From an uncultured archaeon (lineage in GTDB: Archaea; Thermoproteota; Bathyarchaeia; Bathyarchaeales; Bathycorpusculaceae): 64,000 nucleotides of DNA. The notes beneath the pieces are model-generated. The model worked only from the letters and a program-made list of their open reading frames with translations. It had not been told where the DNA came from and did not search any database. Both the position numbers and the translations under genes were made by a program. The DNA lies in contig CAWALK010000022.1 of the NCBI GenBank assembly GCA_963782915.1, positions 192,001-256,000 on the forward strand. The letters run 5' to 3'. Below are positions 30,007 through 40,562 of the stretch, piece after piece. Within the stretch, counting starts at the first letter, position 1, and every line of letters begins with the position of its first letter.

Positions 30007-32778
30007 ATGGACTTTATCAATAAAAAAACAGTATCTATTCTATTCGCAGCTCTATTAGCAATTTCAATGATAACTACAATGGTACAAATTCAAAGCAGCA
30101 CTGCACATACACCTCCCTATCAGATTACAACTTACGCCAAAGTTACAATTCAACCCGATATTATCGGCGTAGGCCAAGCAGCATTAGGCTACGCTTTCCT
30201 TGGAAATGCACCCCTCCCCGGTTCAACAATGAACAATGCCTACAGATTCCACGACTACACCGTTACAATTACGGACCCTAATGGCGAAGTCAAAACACTT
30301 CACTGGGACACCGTTGATGACACAACCGGATGCCAGATGTTCAAATATACCCCTTCAGTAGTAGGCCAATACAACGTTACCTTCACCTTCGGCGGAATGA
30401 CACTAACATCAGCTGACACAGGCACAGCCGCGAGCATTGGCGACGTTTACCTGCCAAGCACCTCAACATGCACCTTCTACGCACAAGAAGAATCACTATC
30501 GAACTTCCCTGACAGTTATCCACTGCCAACTGAATACTGGACTAGACCAATCTATGGCGAAAACCCAGGTTGGTACACAATCTCATCCAACTGGCTAGGA
30601 ACTGGCTCACCTGTCATTTCAGCAACAGGCTCAGGCCTAATTACTGGCACAGGAACACAATCAGGAATTCAGAGATATCCCGGTGACGCCGTCGGTTCTA
30701 TGACTAGCCACGTCATGTGGACTAAACCAGTACAATCAGGCGGTGTTGTCGGTGGCGACACATACGAAATAAAAGGCGATACCTACTTTGAAGGCTCAGC
30801 ATACATCAATAGATTCCAGAACCCAATCATCGTAGCTGGGATGCTAGTTTACAAAGAACCCCTTTCCTTCTCAAGTGCAGGCGGCGGAGACACAGTCTGC
30901 GTCGATTTACGCACTAGTGAAGAGTTATGGCGAAGCCCAACAATGCCTGCAATCTCATTTGCCTACGTTCCTGATTTTCAGAACCCCAACCAACACGGTG
31001 TCTTCCCACCACTACTAGTCACATCCAACTGGGCACAAGTCTACGACGCTTACACAGGCTATCCAATGTTCAATGTTACTGGCTACAGCGCAGTCGGTGG
31101 TACCATAGTAATGGGCTCAAACGGTGAACATATAAAATACACATTCTTCAACAACGGCACCGCATCAAAACCAGACTGGTACTTATGCAAATGGAACGCA
31201 ACACTGATGTGGGGCGGAATCGGATACCACCCTAACGAAATTGGCAGCACACCCGCAATTCAAACCGAAACAACCACAACATATGCATTGGCTAACACAA
31301 CAACTTACGTCAACAACATAAAAACAATAACAAGCCAAAATGTCTCCACCTCAACAACTGCAGTTATCGCAAACCAGGGACGCCGCTACAACTGGTTAGA
31401 CTCTACAACACAGAACGAATCAATATCCTGGAAGAACCAAGCACAATACAACAACCTGCAATTTACAGTGGTAGCAGCCTACTACAACAACATCATGATT
31501 TGCAGAAACGGCTCATATCCAACTCTAACAGGTGTAACACAGAACGTGTCTGGTACCGTATCATTGACTAGTGCAAACTGGACATACTTCGCTATCGACC
31601 TTAACGAAAGCCACGGTACATTCGGCCAAATTCTTTGGACAAGCCCAACATTCACCTCTCTGCAAGACAAGACGATCACATTTGCTGGATCAGACCCAAC
31701 AGTCAACGTTTTCGTAGAAGGAAACAAAGAAACAACCACTTTCACAGGTTACAGTATGACAACAGGCCAAAAGCTCTGGACAAGTGTTGGCGAAACAACT
31801 TTAGACTACTTCGGTAATCCCGCATTCCCATACGCAAGTGCCCAAGAAGCATACGGCAAACTCTACAGCCTCAACTACGGTGGTGTACTATTCTGCTATG
31901 ACCTAACGAACGGTGACTTGCTTTGGACCTACGGAAACGGAGGCGCAGGTAACAGCACCTCAAGTGGTCTACAAACACACGGCTACTATCCAGGATTCAT
32001 AATGGCTGTAGGCAACGACGCAGTATACATAGGCGCAACACAGCACACCATCACTACACCAATTCCAAAAGGCAACTATATGCGAGCAGTTAACGCAACA
32101 ACAGGCGAAGAAATCTGGACAATCTCAGACTACACTGGCAACTTCTTCACCCTCTCCTTCGCTATGGCTGATGGTTACTGCACGTACTTCAATGGCTACG
32201 ACAACCTAATCTACTCAGTAGGCAAAGGACCAACATCATTAACCGTCACAGCACCAGACCTATCTGCAGCATCAGGCCAACCAGTGGTAATACGTGGAAC
32301 AGTCTATGATGTCTCAGCAGGTACAACACAAGATGAGCTAGTGGCACGCTTCGCAAACGGCGTTCCAGTCAGCTCTGACGCAAGCATGCCTGAATGGATG
32401 GGTTACCTCTACCAAGACAAACCACTACCGACTAACTTCACAGGTGTTGAAGTAGCACTCAACGTGCTCGACTCTAATGGCAACTACCGCACAATCGGCG
32501 CAACAACAACCGACGCTACAGGCGCATACAGCTACGTATGGCAACCAGACATTTCAGGTGAATACACAGTCGTTGCAACATTCGCAGGTACAGCTGGCTA
32601 CTGGCCATCAACAGCTACAACAGCATTCAACGTCATGAACGCAGAAACAACAGTAACACCAACCCAGACACCAGTATCTATGTCTGATGCCTACTTTGTA
32701 CCAGCAGTCATTGGCATTATCTTTGCAATCGTTATAGTCGGGGTCGCAATAGTATTCGTCCTAAAGAAACACCCATAA
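30007..32778 (+). CDS. PQQ-like beta-propeller surface protein (paralog 4)
   Basis: Signal peptide; YPLPTEYWTRPI; DLRTSEELW; YDNLIYSVGKGP; YFVPAVIG TM + KKHP. Confidence 0.88.
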   Translation: MDFINKKTVSILFAALLAISMITTMVQIQSSTAHTPPYQITTYAKVTIQPDIIGVGQAALGYAFLGNAPLPGSTMNNAYRFHDYTVTITDPNGEVKTLHWDTVDDTTGCQMFKYTPSVVGQYNVTFTFGGMTLTSADTGTAASIGDVYLPSTSTCTFYAQEESLSNFPDSYPLPTEYWTRPIYGENPGWYTISSNWLGTGSPVISATGSGLITGTGTQSGIQRYPGDAVGSMTSHVMWTKPVQSGGVVGGDTYEIKGDTYFEGSAYINRFQNPIIVAGMLVYKEPLSFSSAGGGDTVCVDLRTSEELWRSPTMPAISFAYVPDFQNPNQHGVFPPLLVTSNWAQVYDAYTGYPMFNVTGYSAVGGTIVMGSNGEHIKYTFFNNGTASKPDWYLCKWNATLMWGGIGYHPNEIGSTPAIQTETTTTYALANTTTYVNNIKTITSQNVSTSTTAVIANQGRRYNWLDSTTQNESISWKNQAQYNNLQFTVVAAYYNNIMICRNGSYPTLTGVTQNVSGTVSLTSANWTYFAIDLNESHGTFGQILWTSPTFTSLQDKTITFAGSDPTVNVFVEGNKETTTFTGYSMTTGQKLWTSVGETTLDYFGNPAFPYASAQEAYGKLYSLNYGGVLFCYDLTNGDLLWTYGNGGAGNSTSSGLQTHGYYPGFIMAVGNDAVYIGATQHTITTPIPKGNYMRAVNATTGEEIWTISDYTGNFFTLSFAMADGYCTYFNGYDNLIYSVGKGPTSLTVTAPDLSAASGQPVVIRGTVYDVSAGTTQDELVARFANGVPVSSDASMPEWMGYLYQDKPLPTNFTGVEVALNVLDSNGNYRTIGATTTDATGAYSYVWQPDISGEYTVVATFAGTAGYWPSTATTAFNVMNAETTVTPTQTPVSMSDAYFVPAVIGIIFAIVIVGVAIVFVLKKHP

Positions 32779-32836
32779 GGTGGAAGACTTGAAATCAAAT
32801 CTTTCCCTCCCTTTTTTAGTTTCAACGGTAAGTCAA

Positions 32837-32949
32837 CTGGGGCTGAGCAGGCTTCTGGACTGCTGTTTACGCGGTGTTTGCAATCATCGTGTTTTGCATT
32901 TTTCTTACCTCCTTAAGGAATAAATGTCTAGACGCCTCAGCAAACCCAG
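32837..32949 (+). ncRNA. BHB-flanked intron-like sRNA, copy 4 (predicted excised RNA 32848-32943, 96 nt)
   Basis: CUGGG|GCUG|AGC|AGGCUUCUGGAC with GUCUAGACGCCU|CAGC|AAA|CCCAG; ACCUCCUUA anti-SD. Confidence 0.85.
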
Positions 32950-33252
32950 CTAGCAACTTGCCTTATAGCTGGCGATAAAAAATGTTGTTTTAATAATTTG
33001 TATTAACAAACTGTACAAGCACCCCCTAGAGAGGATTACCTTTGGTTGCGTAGCAACATGCGCCCGCATCTACAACCAACAAAACCAACATAGAAGTGCA
33101 CAAAAATACCACCCACCCACAAACCAACAGCCAAACAGAAAAGCCCCAAACCCAAAACACAAACCCCACCACCCCAAACATGCAAACACCCATAACACAC
33201 AAAACAAAAAACACAGCCGTAAGTTTATTTTCTAGGTTGAAGCCTTCTTTGC

Positions 33253-33327
33253 TGAAGCCGATGATGCATGAAGAGCCGTCTGAATTGTGAAGAATAGTTT
33301 AATGGGGAATTATAAACTGAGGCTTCA
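33253..33327 (+). ncRNA. box C/D guide sRNA
   Basis: Terminal stem TGAAGCC/GGCTTCA; C ATGATGC 33261; D' CTGA 33280; C' GTGAAGA 33287; D CTGA 33317; D' guide GAAGAGCCG. Confidence 0.78.
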
Positions 33328-33431
33328 AGAAAATACACAGAAAGCCGCTTAAACTTCAGGCGTATAGCAGGCTTTACTTGTGTAATCTTTATTTAAAGCG
33401 ACAATAGAATGATAAGACTGGAGACCCCCCG

Positions 33432-34784
33432 ATGGCACTAGATAAACTAAGTTCCTCCCTAACTGACGCCATAAAGAAACTATTCAAAGCCGGCGTAGTC
33501 GATGAAGCAGCAGTGAAGGAACTAGTCCGCGACATCCAACGTGCACTACTTCAATCAGACGTTAACGTGCAGCTTGTTTTGCAAATCTCCAAGAGCATTG
33601 AAGAACGAGCCCTAAAAGAGAAGGTGCCTCCTGGCGTTTCCAGACGTGAACACGTCATCAAAGTTGTCTATGAAGAATTAACTAAATTCGTAGGCGACAA
33701 ACCAGTCGCACTTAAAGTTGAGCCGGGCAAAAAGAAAATCATTATGCTCGTAGGTATTCAGGGTTCAGGCAAAACCACCCATGCCGCTAAATTGGCAAGG
33801 TACTTCCAGAAACGCGGCTTAAAGGTCGGCTTAGTCGCCGCAGACACATACCGCCCAGGCGCATATGCCCAGCTTCAACAGTTAGCAACCAGAATCAACG
33901 TTCCAATTTACGGTGACGCCAAAGCCAAAGACCCAGTCAAAGTCGCAAGGGAAGGCTTAAAAGAATTTAACGACCGCGACTTAATCATCATTGACACTGC
34001 AGGCCGCCACAAAGAAGAAAAAGACCTCATTAAAGAAATGAAAGACCTCGAAAAACACCTGCACCCAGACGAAGTCATCATGGTTATCGACGGCACCATC
34101 GGCCAACAGGCGTTGCTTCAAGCAAAAACTTTCCATGAAGCCACCCCAATCGGCGCCATCATCGTCACTAAACTCGACGGTTCCTCACGTGGAGGAGGAG
34201 CCCTCTCAGCAGTAGCCGCAACAGGTGCCCCCATCAAATTCATCGGCACAGGAGAAAAAATCGAGGACATCGAATCATTCATACCCTCACGATTCGTCGG
34301 CCGCCTCTTAGGCATGGGCGACTTAGAAACACTGCTCGAAAAAGTTCATGAAGCCGAAATCAAGGTGCCTCCAAAGAAAGCTAAAGAGATACTCAGCGGC
34401 AACTTCACCCTAACAGACATGTACGAGCAATTCGCAGCAGTCAAAAACATGGGTCCATTCAGCAAAGTTATGAAGATGCTACCAGGTATGTCAGGCTCAA
34501 ACATCCCCGACGACATGCTAAACACTGCCGAAGGACGCCTTGACACCTGGCAAGTCATCATTCAATCCATGACGCCTGAAGAAAAAGAGAACCCTAAACT
34601 GCTAAACTCATGCCGTGCAAGACGCATCGCCCGCGGATCAGGAACCTCTGAGAAAGAAGTCAAAGAACTCCTCAAACAGTACCTCATGATGAAAAAGATG
34701 CTAAAAATGTTCAAACGCAAAAAGAAGCTGCCCTTCGGTTTAGGCGGCGGCAAAGGTATGCCCCCAATGGGTTTCGGACAGTAG
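33432..34784 (+). CDS. srp54: signal recognition particle protein SRP54
   Basis: GIQGSGKTT, DTAGR, TKLD, M domain RIARGSG. Confidence 0.97.
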   Translation: MALDKLSSSLTDAIKKLFKAGVVDEAAVKELVRDIQRALLQSDVNVQLVLQISKSIEERALKEKVPPGVSRREHVIKVVYEELTKFVGDKPVALKVEPGKKKIIMLVGIQGSGKTTHAAKLARYFQKRGLKVGLVAADTYRPGAYAQLQQLATRINVPIYGDAKAKDPVKVAREGLKEFNDRDLIIIDTAGRHKEEKDLIKEMKDLEKHLHPDEVIMVIDGTIGQQALLQAKTFHEATPIGAIIVTKLDGSSRGGGALSAVAATGAPIKFIGTGEKIEDIESFIPSRFVGRLLGMGDLETLLEKVHEAEIKVPPKKAKEILSGNFTLTDMYEQFAAVKNMGPFSKVMKMLPGMSGSNIPDDMLNTAEGRLDTWQVIIQSMTPEEKENPKLLNSCRARRIARGSGTSEKEVKELLKQYLMMKKMLKMFKRKKKLPFGLGGGKGMPPMGFGQ

Positions 34785-34794
34785 GTTAAACTTC

Positions 34795-36127
34795 ATGGAT
34801 GTACTAGAGAAAGCTTACGAGTTAATTAGTAAATACCCGCTTTGTGACCACTGCCTCGGCAGACAATTCGCCCTATTAGGCTATGCCATGGAAAATAACG
34901 TGCGTGGCCAAGCTCTCAAAGTCAGCTTAACACTGCAAGCCAACGACTTAGCAACCGACGAGAAAGATACCGAGGGTATTAAGCAACTAAAAGTTTTAGC
35001 TACTAACGGTTTTTCAGCGACTGCACAGGAAACACTCAAACACCTAAAAAAGCGTGCTATCTAAAGAGGAAACAGAAGTAAAATGCCATCTCTGTGAAGG
35101 CAAATTCGAGTTAATCAACAGCATAGTAGCGAAATCGCAGGCTGCCCTTGAAGGCTATGAATATTCAACTTTTCTAGTCGGCATCGAATTGCCCATATCG
35201 GTTGAGGAGCGGGAAGACGAATTCAAAGCATCCCAAAACATCCAACACGGCGAAAGCATCCGCCACGAATTCGGCAGAGTCTTCGGCAAAGCCATAGCCA
35301 AAGCCACCGCTAAAGAAGCAGAATACCTCAAACCCGACGTCGTCATAGTAATCGACCCCTTCCAAGAAACAATTCGACTCCAAATTAACCCATTATTCGT
35401 CGGCGGCAGATACCGCAAACTAGTCCGTGATTTACCCCAATCAGAATGGTTCTGCTCATGCCGCGGTAGAGGCTGCAATAAATGTGGAGGAACAGGTAAA
35501 CTCTACCCTGATAGCGTTGAAGCTCACACATCAAAACCTCTTCTAGAAGCCAGTGGCGGTTCAGAATCGTTTTTCCATGCTTCGGGCAGAGAAGATATAG
35601 ATGCCCGTATGCTAGGTACAGGCAGACCCTTCGTAGTTGAAGCCTCCAATCCCAAGAAACGCTCTGTAGACTTAAAGCAAATCGAGGAAGCAATTAACGC
35701 TGGCGGCGTAGGTAAGGTCGAGGTTTCAGAACTCCATTTTGCCTCCAAAGATGACGTACGGCACCTCAAGAAAGGCGAAAACTCCCAGAAAGAGTACCGT
35801 TTGCTAGCTGAGTTTGAGAAAGACCTCACCGACGAAGGCTTGCGATTGGTAGAAGAAAAACTCACTGGTGCAATGATTAAGCAGCAGACTCCATTGCGGG
35901 TTGTGCATCGCCGCGCAGACATTGTCCGAGAAAGGTACATATATAAGCTCGAAGTTAAGAAGGTGACGCTTAAGAAAGCTCTGCTCTATATTAGATGTCA
36001 GGGTGGGCTTTACGTTAAAGAATTGGTGTCTGGAGATGAAGGACGTACAGTACCCAATGTGTCGGCTTTGCTCGATAACCCAGCGAAGACGCTTAAGCTT
36101 GACGTTCTCAATGTAATAATGGAATAA
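34795..36127 (+). CDS. pus10: tRNA pseudouridine synthase Pus10 (frameshift near 35055)
   Basis: LCDHCLGRQF, SGREDIDARMLG.GRPF, QQTPLRV, GGLYVKELVSGD. Confidence 0.95.
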
Positions 36128-36141
36128 AAGGTGAAATTTAA

Positions 36142-36438
36142 ATGAGAGGTTCAAAAGGCTACTACACAGGCACTCGCAGTCTCTTGCGCAAGCCAGTTCG
36201 TGAAAAAGGAAAACCAAAAATCAGCAAGATACTTCACGAATACATAATTGGTAACCAAGTCATTATAAAGATGGATTCTAGCGTACAGAAGAGTATGCCT
36301 CACAAACGTTTCCATGGCAAAATCGGTTTAATCATCGAGAAACGCGGCAGAGGATACGTCGTTAGTGTTCCACAAGGCGACGCTACAAAAACCATAATTG
36401 TCCGAACAGAACATCTAGAACCTTACACAGGAACTTAG
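36142..36438 (+). CDS. rpl21e: 50S ribosomal protein L21e
   Basis: SKGY..GTR.LLRK, MPHKRFHGKIG. Confidence 0.96.
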   Translation: MRGSKGYYTGTRSLLRKPVREKGKPKISKILHEYIIGNQVIIKMDSSVQKSMPHKRFHGKIGLIIEKRGRGYVVSVPQGDATKTIIVRTEHLEPYTGT

Positions 36439-36449
36439 GTGGCTACAAG

Positions 36450-36788
36450 ATGAGCAAGAGAGAAGTAAGCGAAAGCCGCCTAACATTGCCACAAGTCAAA
36501 AAAGTACTGGAAACCATCGGCGAAGAAAACCTTGACCAATTCCAACGCCGCACACTTGACTACGCAAGCAAATTCTCTAAAGTTGCTCCAGAAAAAGCTG
36601 AAGAACTCTTGCAAACACTTGTCAAAGAATACGAACTCGAAGAAGCAGAAGCCGTTCAAATAATCAACTGCTGCCCAGAAACCGTAGATGAACTACGCGT
36701 CTTTCTTGCGGGCGGCAAAAAGATTATTGAAACCCAAAAACTCAGCCAAATCGTCGAACTTTTGAACGAGAACAGACTGCTCAAATAG
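36450..36788 (+). CDS. rpoF: RNA polymerase subunit Rpo4 (F)
   Basis: QRRTLDYASKFSK, AVQIIN.CPETVDELR; synteny. Confidence 0.92.
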   Translation: MSKREVSESRLTLPQVKKVLETIGEENLDQFQRRTLDYASKFSKVAPEKAEELLQTLVKEYELEEAEAVQIINCCPETVDELRVFLAGGKKIIETQKLSQIVELLNENRLLK

Positions 36789-36846
36789 CCCTAAGTGGCT
36801 AAGTTTTTTTAAGCAGTAAGCGAGAATACACTAGAGGACACAAGAG

Positions 36847-37422
36847 TTGGCAGTTATGGAAAAACGGTATGAAGAGAACGCTTACGTACTAGACTTTCTT
36901 TCGCATGGCAAACCAGGGTTCCGTCCAACTGGACGCGCAGGATACCGCGCAGGCGCCTTGATTCAATGCGTCGGAGAAGAATTCTTCACAATACTTGAGG
37001 CTCTAGTAAGAGAAGAGTTAGTGCTCAAACCAGGCGACCGCGTCTACGTCGGCAAAGACAGCCGCTCAGAAGTAACCTATATCATCGGCCGCATTGGCTT
37101 TGAAGAACTTACTGCATCAGCAAAATCTGAGCTTCCGAGCGTAATTGGCAAGATTGTTGAGGTCCGCGAGAAATGGTTCGTTAACTTCTTCAACACTGCA
37201 CGTGCCATAACTCCACGTATGCATGCTCTCGAGCTTGTGCCTGGCATAGGCAAAAAGTACATGTGGCAAGTCATCAACGAACGCCAACGCAAACCTTTTG
37301 AGAGCTTTGCGGATTTGCAGAAGCGTACAGAATTGCCTAACCCCGTTAAATTGATCACCAAGCGTGTCATGGAAGAGCTTGAGGGCGACAGCAAATATCG
37401 ACTGTTCACTAGGGCACAGTAA
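36847..37422 (+). CDS. DUF655 putative RNA-binding protein
   Basis: YEENAYVLDFL, ITPRMHALELVPGIGKK. Confidence 0.92.
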   Translation: MAVMEKRYEENAYVLDFLSHGKPGFRPTGRAGYRAGALIQCVGEEFFTILEALVREELVLKPGDRVYVGKDSRSEVTYIIGRIGFEELTASAKSELPSVIGKIVEVREKWFVNFFNTARAITPRMHALELVPGIGKKYMWQVINERQRKPFESFADLQKRTELPNPVKLITKRVMEELEGDSKYRLFTRAQ

Positions 37423-37431
37423 GGATACGCG

Positions 37432-38250
37432 ATGAGTCTAGAGCAAATTCAGCAGCTGCTTTTTACTCATCATATCAGCCCAAACAAGCTGCTGGGCCAA
37501 AATTTTATGGTTGAACCAGCATTCTATTCTAAACTCTGCAGCTACGCTGACTTGCGTGGTTCGGATGTTGTTTTGGATGCTGGCGCAGGCTTCGGTTTGC
37601 TAACCCGTTTTCTCTCTGACAAATGCAAGGGCGTGGTTGCGGTCGAGAAAGACCCGCAACTAGCCGCTGTTCTGCATGAAGAATTCAAAGACACAACCAA
37701 TGTCACTGTTGTTGAGGGCGACGTTTTGAAGGCGCAGTTGCCACCGTTCAATAAAGCAATTTCTGCGCCACCATACTATCTATCCTCTCAACTAGTATTA
37801 TGGCTGCTTGAACGAAGGGTAGATTGTGCTGTTTTGATTGTGCAAAAAGAATTCGCACAGCGCCTTATCGCGCCTGTTGGCAGCGAAGAATATGGTTGGT
37901 TAACGGTGGTCGTGGGGCAGCAGGCAGAAGTCAAGCTTTTGGATGATGTGCCCAAAGATATGTTCTATCCGCAGCCCGAAGTTGACTCAGTAATCCTCAG
38001 CCTGAAACCATGGGTGACTAAACCCTTTGAAGTTAAGGATGAAGCGATGTTTGTTCGGTTAGCTAAGTGGCTATTTACCCAGCGCAACAAAAAACTCGCC
38101 AAAGCACTCGCACCCTTCATACGCGACAACTTTAAACTAAGCAAACAAGACGCAGCACAAATTGCGGCCACCCTGCCATTCCATGACAAACGCCCCCGAG
38201 AATTGTCACCGAAAGATTTTGGAGCAATCGCAAATGCCTTACCCAACTAA
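37432..38250 (+). CDS. rsmA: 16S rRNA dimethyladenosine transferase
   Basis: LGQNFM, DAGAGFG.LT, PPY.LSS, FYPQPEVDS. Confidence 0.95.
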   Translation: MSLEQIQQLLFTHHISPNKLLGQNFMVEPAFYSKLCSYADLRGSDVVLDAGAGFGLLTRFLSDKCKGVVAVEKDPQLAAVLHEEFKDTTNVTVVEGDVLKAQLPPFNKAISAPPYYLSSQLVLWLLERRVDCAVLIVQKEFAQRLIAPVGSEEYGWLTVVVGQQAEVKLLDDVPKDMFYPQPEVDSVILSLKPWVTKPFEVKDEAMFVRLAKWLFTQRNKKLAKALAPFIRDNFKLSKQDAAQIAATLPFHDKRPRELSPKDFGAIANALPN

Positions 38251-38855
38251 ACGCATCCACTTCGGCGACTTCTCGTTTGATGTTAACGATGATGTGTATG
38301 AGCCTGCGGAGGATTCTTTTTTGTTCGCGGAAAACCTCAATGTAGCCTCGGGCGAGTTGGTGCTGGATTTAGGGACTGGCTCTGGCATTTTAGCTAATGT
38401 GGCTGCTAAGAATGCTGGGGGTGTGGTTGCGGTTGATTTGAATCCTTTTGCTGTCCGTTGTGCCAAAGATAACGCTAAACTAAACGGTGTGCGGGATAGA
38501 ATTGATTTTATCCAGGGCGACCTATTCAGCGCTTTCTGTGATGGCTTGCGGTTTGATTTGGTGCTTGTTTAATGCGCCGTATTTGCCCTCTGAAGCGGGC
38601 GAGGAAGCGACGTGGATTGGCAAAGCTTGGGCTGGCGGCTCTAACGGTAGATTGGTAGTTGATAAGTTCATTGCTGAGGTTCCCGCTTACCTTACGCCTC
38701 ATGGCCGGGTTCTGCTTATGCAGTCAACACTTACAGGCGTGGAAGAAACCATCCAAATGTTCACCAAACAAAACCTCAAAGCCTCCGTCATCGCAGAGCA
38801 GAAACTACCATTCTTTGAAACCCTAACCCTAATCGAAGCCAAAACCGCCGCTTAA
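38234..38855 (+). CDS. HemK2/Mtq2-like protein methyltransferase (frameshift near 38565)
   Basis: VYEPAEDSFL, LDLGTGSG, FNAPYLP, WAGG..GR.V. Confidence 0.9.
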
Positions 38856-38903
38856 AAGAAACATATAAGGGCATAAACGGCTAGATTAGTATTGGCGTTT
38901 TTT

Positions 38904-39362
38904 ATGACACTCTGGTTCTACGTTAAAACTATTGAGGATCCTAAATTAGTCGGCGAAACTGTTTGCGCCGCCAATTCTATACAGGGTCAGCATCCGGGCG
39001 ATCAGTATTCGTGGGTTATGCAGGTTGGCCGTGATGAGCCGGGCTACTGGGAAATCCGCGGGAAATATGCTGGGTTAAAAGACCTCACTGAGGTAGCTAT
39101 TGTTTACCGCATCGGCGACACTGTTGTGCTCTCGGAGATTGATGATGCGTTGGCTCCGAATTTTGCTGATCCCTTGATTACGAAGTATGGGTTTGATAAT
39201 GTTAAGTGGATTTCTGTGTTAACGCCTAGTATAGTTGGGCTGCTTTACGGTTTACTTTGTGGTGTAATCGAGGGGTTAATTGTTGTTACTGTAAGGGCAC
39301 AGTCACTAGCTTTCATAAATTACTACGTAAATATAGCAAGCAAGGACAAGGAGTTTCTATAA
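38904..39362 (+). CDS. hypothetical protein (3' end uncertain)
   Basis: Long ORF with protein-like N-terminal ~110 aa. Confidence 0.6.
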   Translation: MTLWFYVKTIEDPKLVGETVCAANSIQGQHPGDQYSWVMQVGRDEPGYWEIRGKYAGLKDLTEVAIVYRIGDTVVLSEIDDALAPNFADPLITKYGFDNVKWISVLTPSIVGLLYGLLCGVIEGLIVVTVRAQSLAFINYYVNIASKDKEFL

Positions 39363-39363
39363 G

Positions 39364-40158
39364 ATGGTAAACAAAATAAAACCCTCAGTTTTTGCTCTAT
39401 TTTTTGTTCTAGTTTTAACTGCTGCAATTAGCTTTGCAGCGGTAAATGCACAAAGCACCGCAACCGTCACAGTAATCGACCAGACAGGTGGCACAACCGA
39501 CATCACAGGAACCACAACTTATCCAGATGGAACATCAGTAACAATAACAGCTACACCCGACTGCAGCCTATGTTTTCTCAAAATTGGGTAATCTCACCAA
39601 GCGACCAATCAGGCGATCAGCATAATAACTGATAATCCACTGACCTTCACCGTTTCAGGCGGAATAACCTACACCATCACACCAGTATTTGCACAACCAC
39701 AAGCATTCCCAGGACGTACCTTGCCAACTGACCTGACACAAGCAGCCATCATAATCATCTATCCATCAGCAGGAGGAACCACAAATCCAGCGCCAGGAAC
39801 ATATGCAATGGCAGATGCAACCTCATTTAACCTCCAAGCCACAGCACAAAGCGGCTGGCAATTCTCACACTGGACAATCTGCGGAACAAACACCAGCCAC
39901 GGCAGCGCACCAGTCAACTGGACCCCAACAGACAACCCATACAACGTCAACCACGGATACGGAGACACATACCGCTACCAAGCAGTCTTTACCCCAATAG
40001 GCAGCACTGAACCAACACCGGCACCCACTGCAACACCAGTTTCAGGCGGAACAATCGGCGGCATGAGTACCGAGACATTGATTATCATTGGCTTAGTTGT
40101 CGTAATCGTTGTTATACTGATAGCGTTCGGGGTATTCGCAAGTAGACGCAGAAAATAA
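39364..40158 (+). CDS. membrane-anchored surface protein with two InlB B-repeat-like domains (frameshifted)
   Basis: Signal peptide; GGTT...GT..Y..G.SVTITATP and GGTTNPAPGTY...LQATAQSGWQFSHW; TM + RRRK. Confidence 0.72.
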
Positions 40159-40520
40159 AGAATTAAGAGACCGTCAAACCGCAAGTACCAGAAATTGGTA
40201 AACAAACTTATTCTTTCTTTTTCTTTCATTTTAGAATGGTTATTGGAATTTCCTACTTTTTGTCCTCGCTGGCCGATGTCGATGAGGAAGAGGGTTGCTC
40301 AAAATCAGCTATGAAATTTATTTGCTTGTGTGTGAGATTCCTATCCATCGTTGTTTACGCTAAAGTAAAAATTGAGATCGAGTGACCTCCTTTGCAGATA
40401 CCTCCCCTCCCTTATAGTAGTAGATTAAAATCTTCGCTGTTCTGGTTGGGGTTTATTGCACAATCAACTTGCAACGCAAACCCGACGCTGAAGCTGGAAA
40501 GTAATCGCTATCATACTTCT

Positions 40521-40562
40521 TTGGTTGTTGTTGACACTAAGAGGGGTCCATAGCAACAACCA
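40521..40562 (+). repeat. intergenic hairpin repeat copy c
   Basis: TTGGTTGTTGTTGACACTAAGAGGGGTCCATAGCAACAACCA. Confidence 0.8.

Noticed and set aside
32867-32899. Minus-strand mini-ORF MQNTMIANTA with a perfect AAGGAGGT SD inside BHB copy 4
   Set aside because: Frame and start are not kept in the other copies, and G-U polarity and bulge geometry favour a + strand RNA. Better read as an antisense segment, though not fully excluded.
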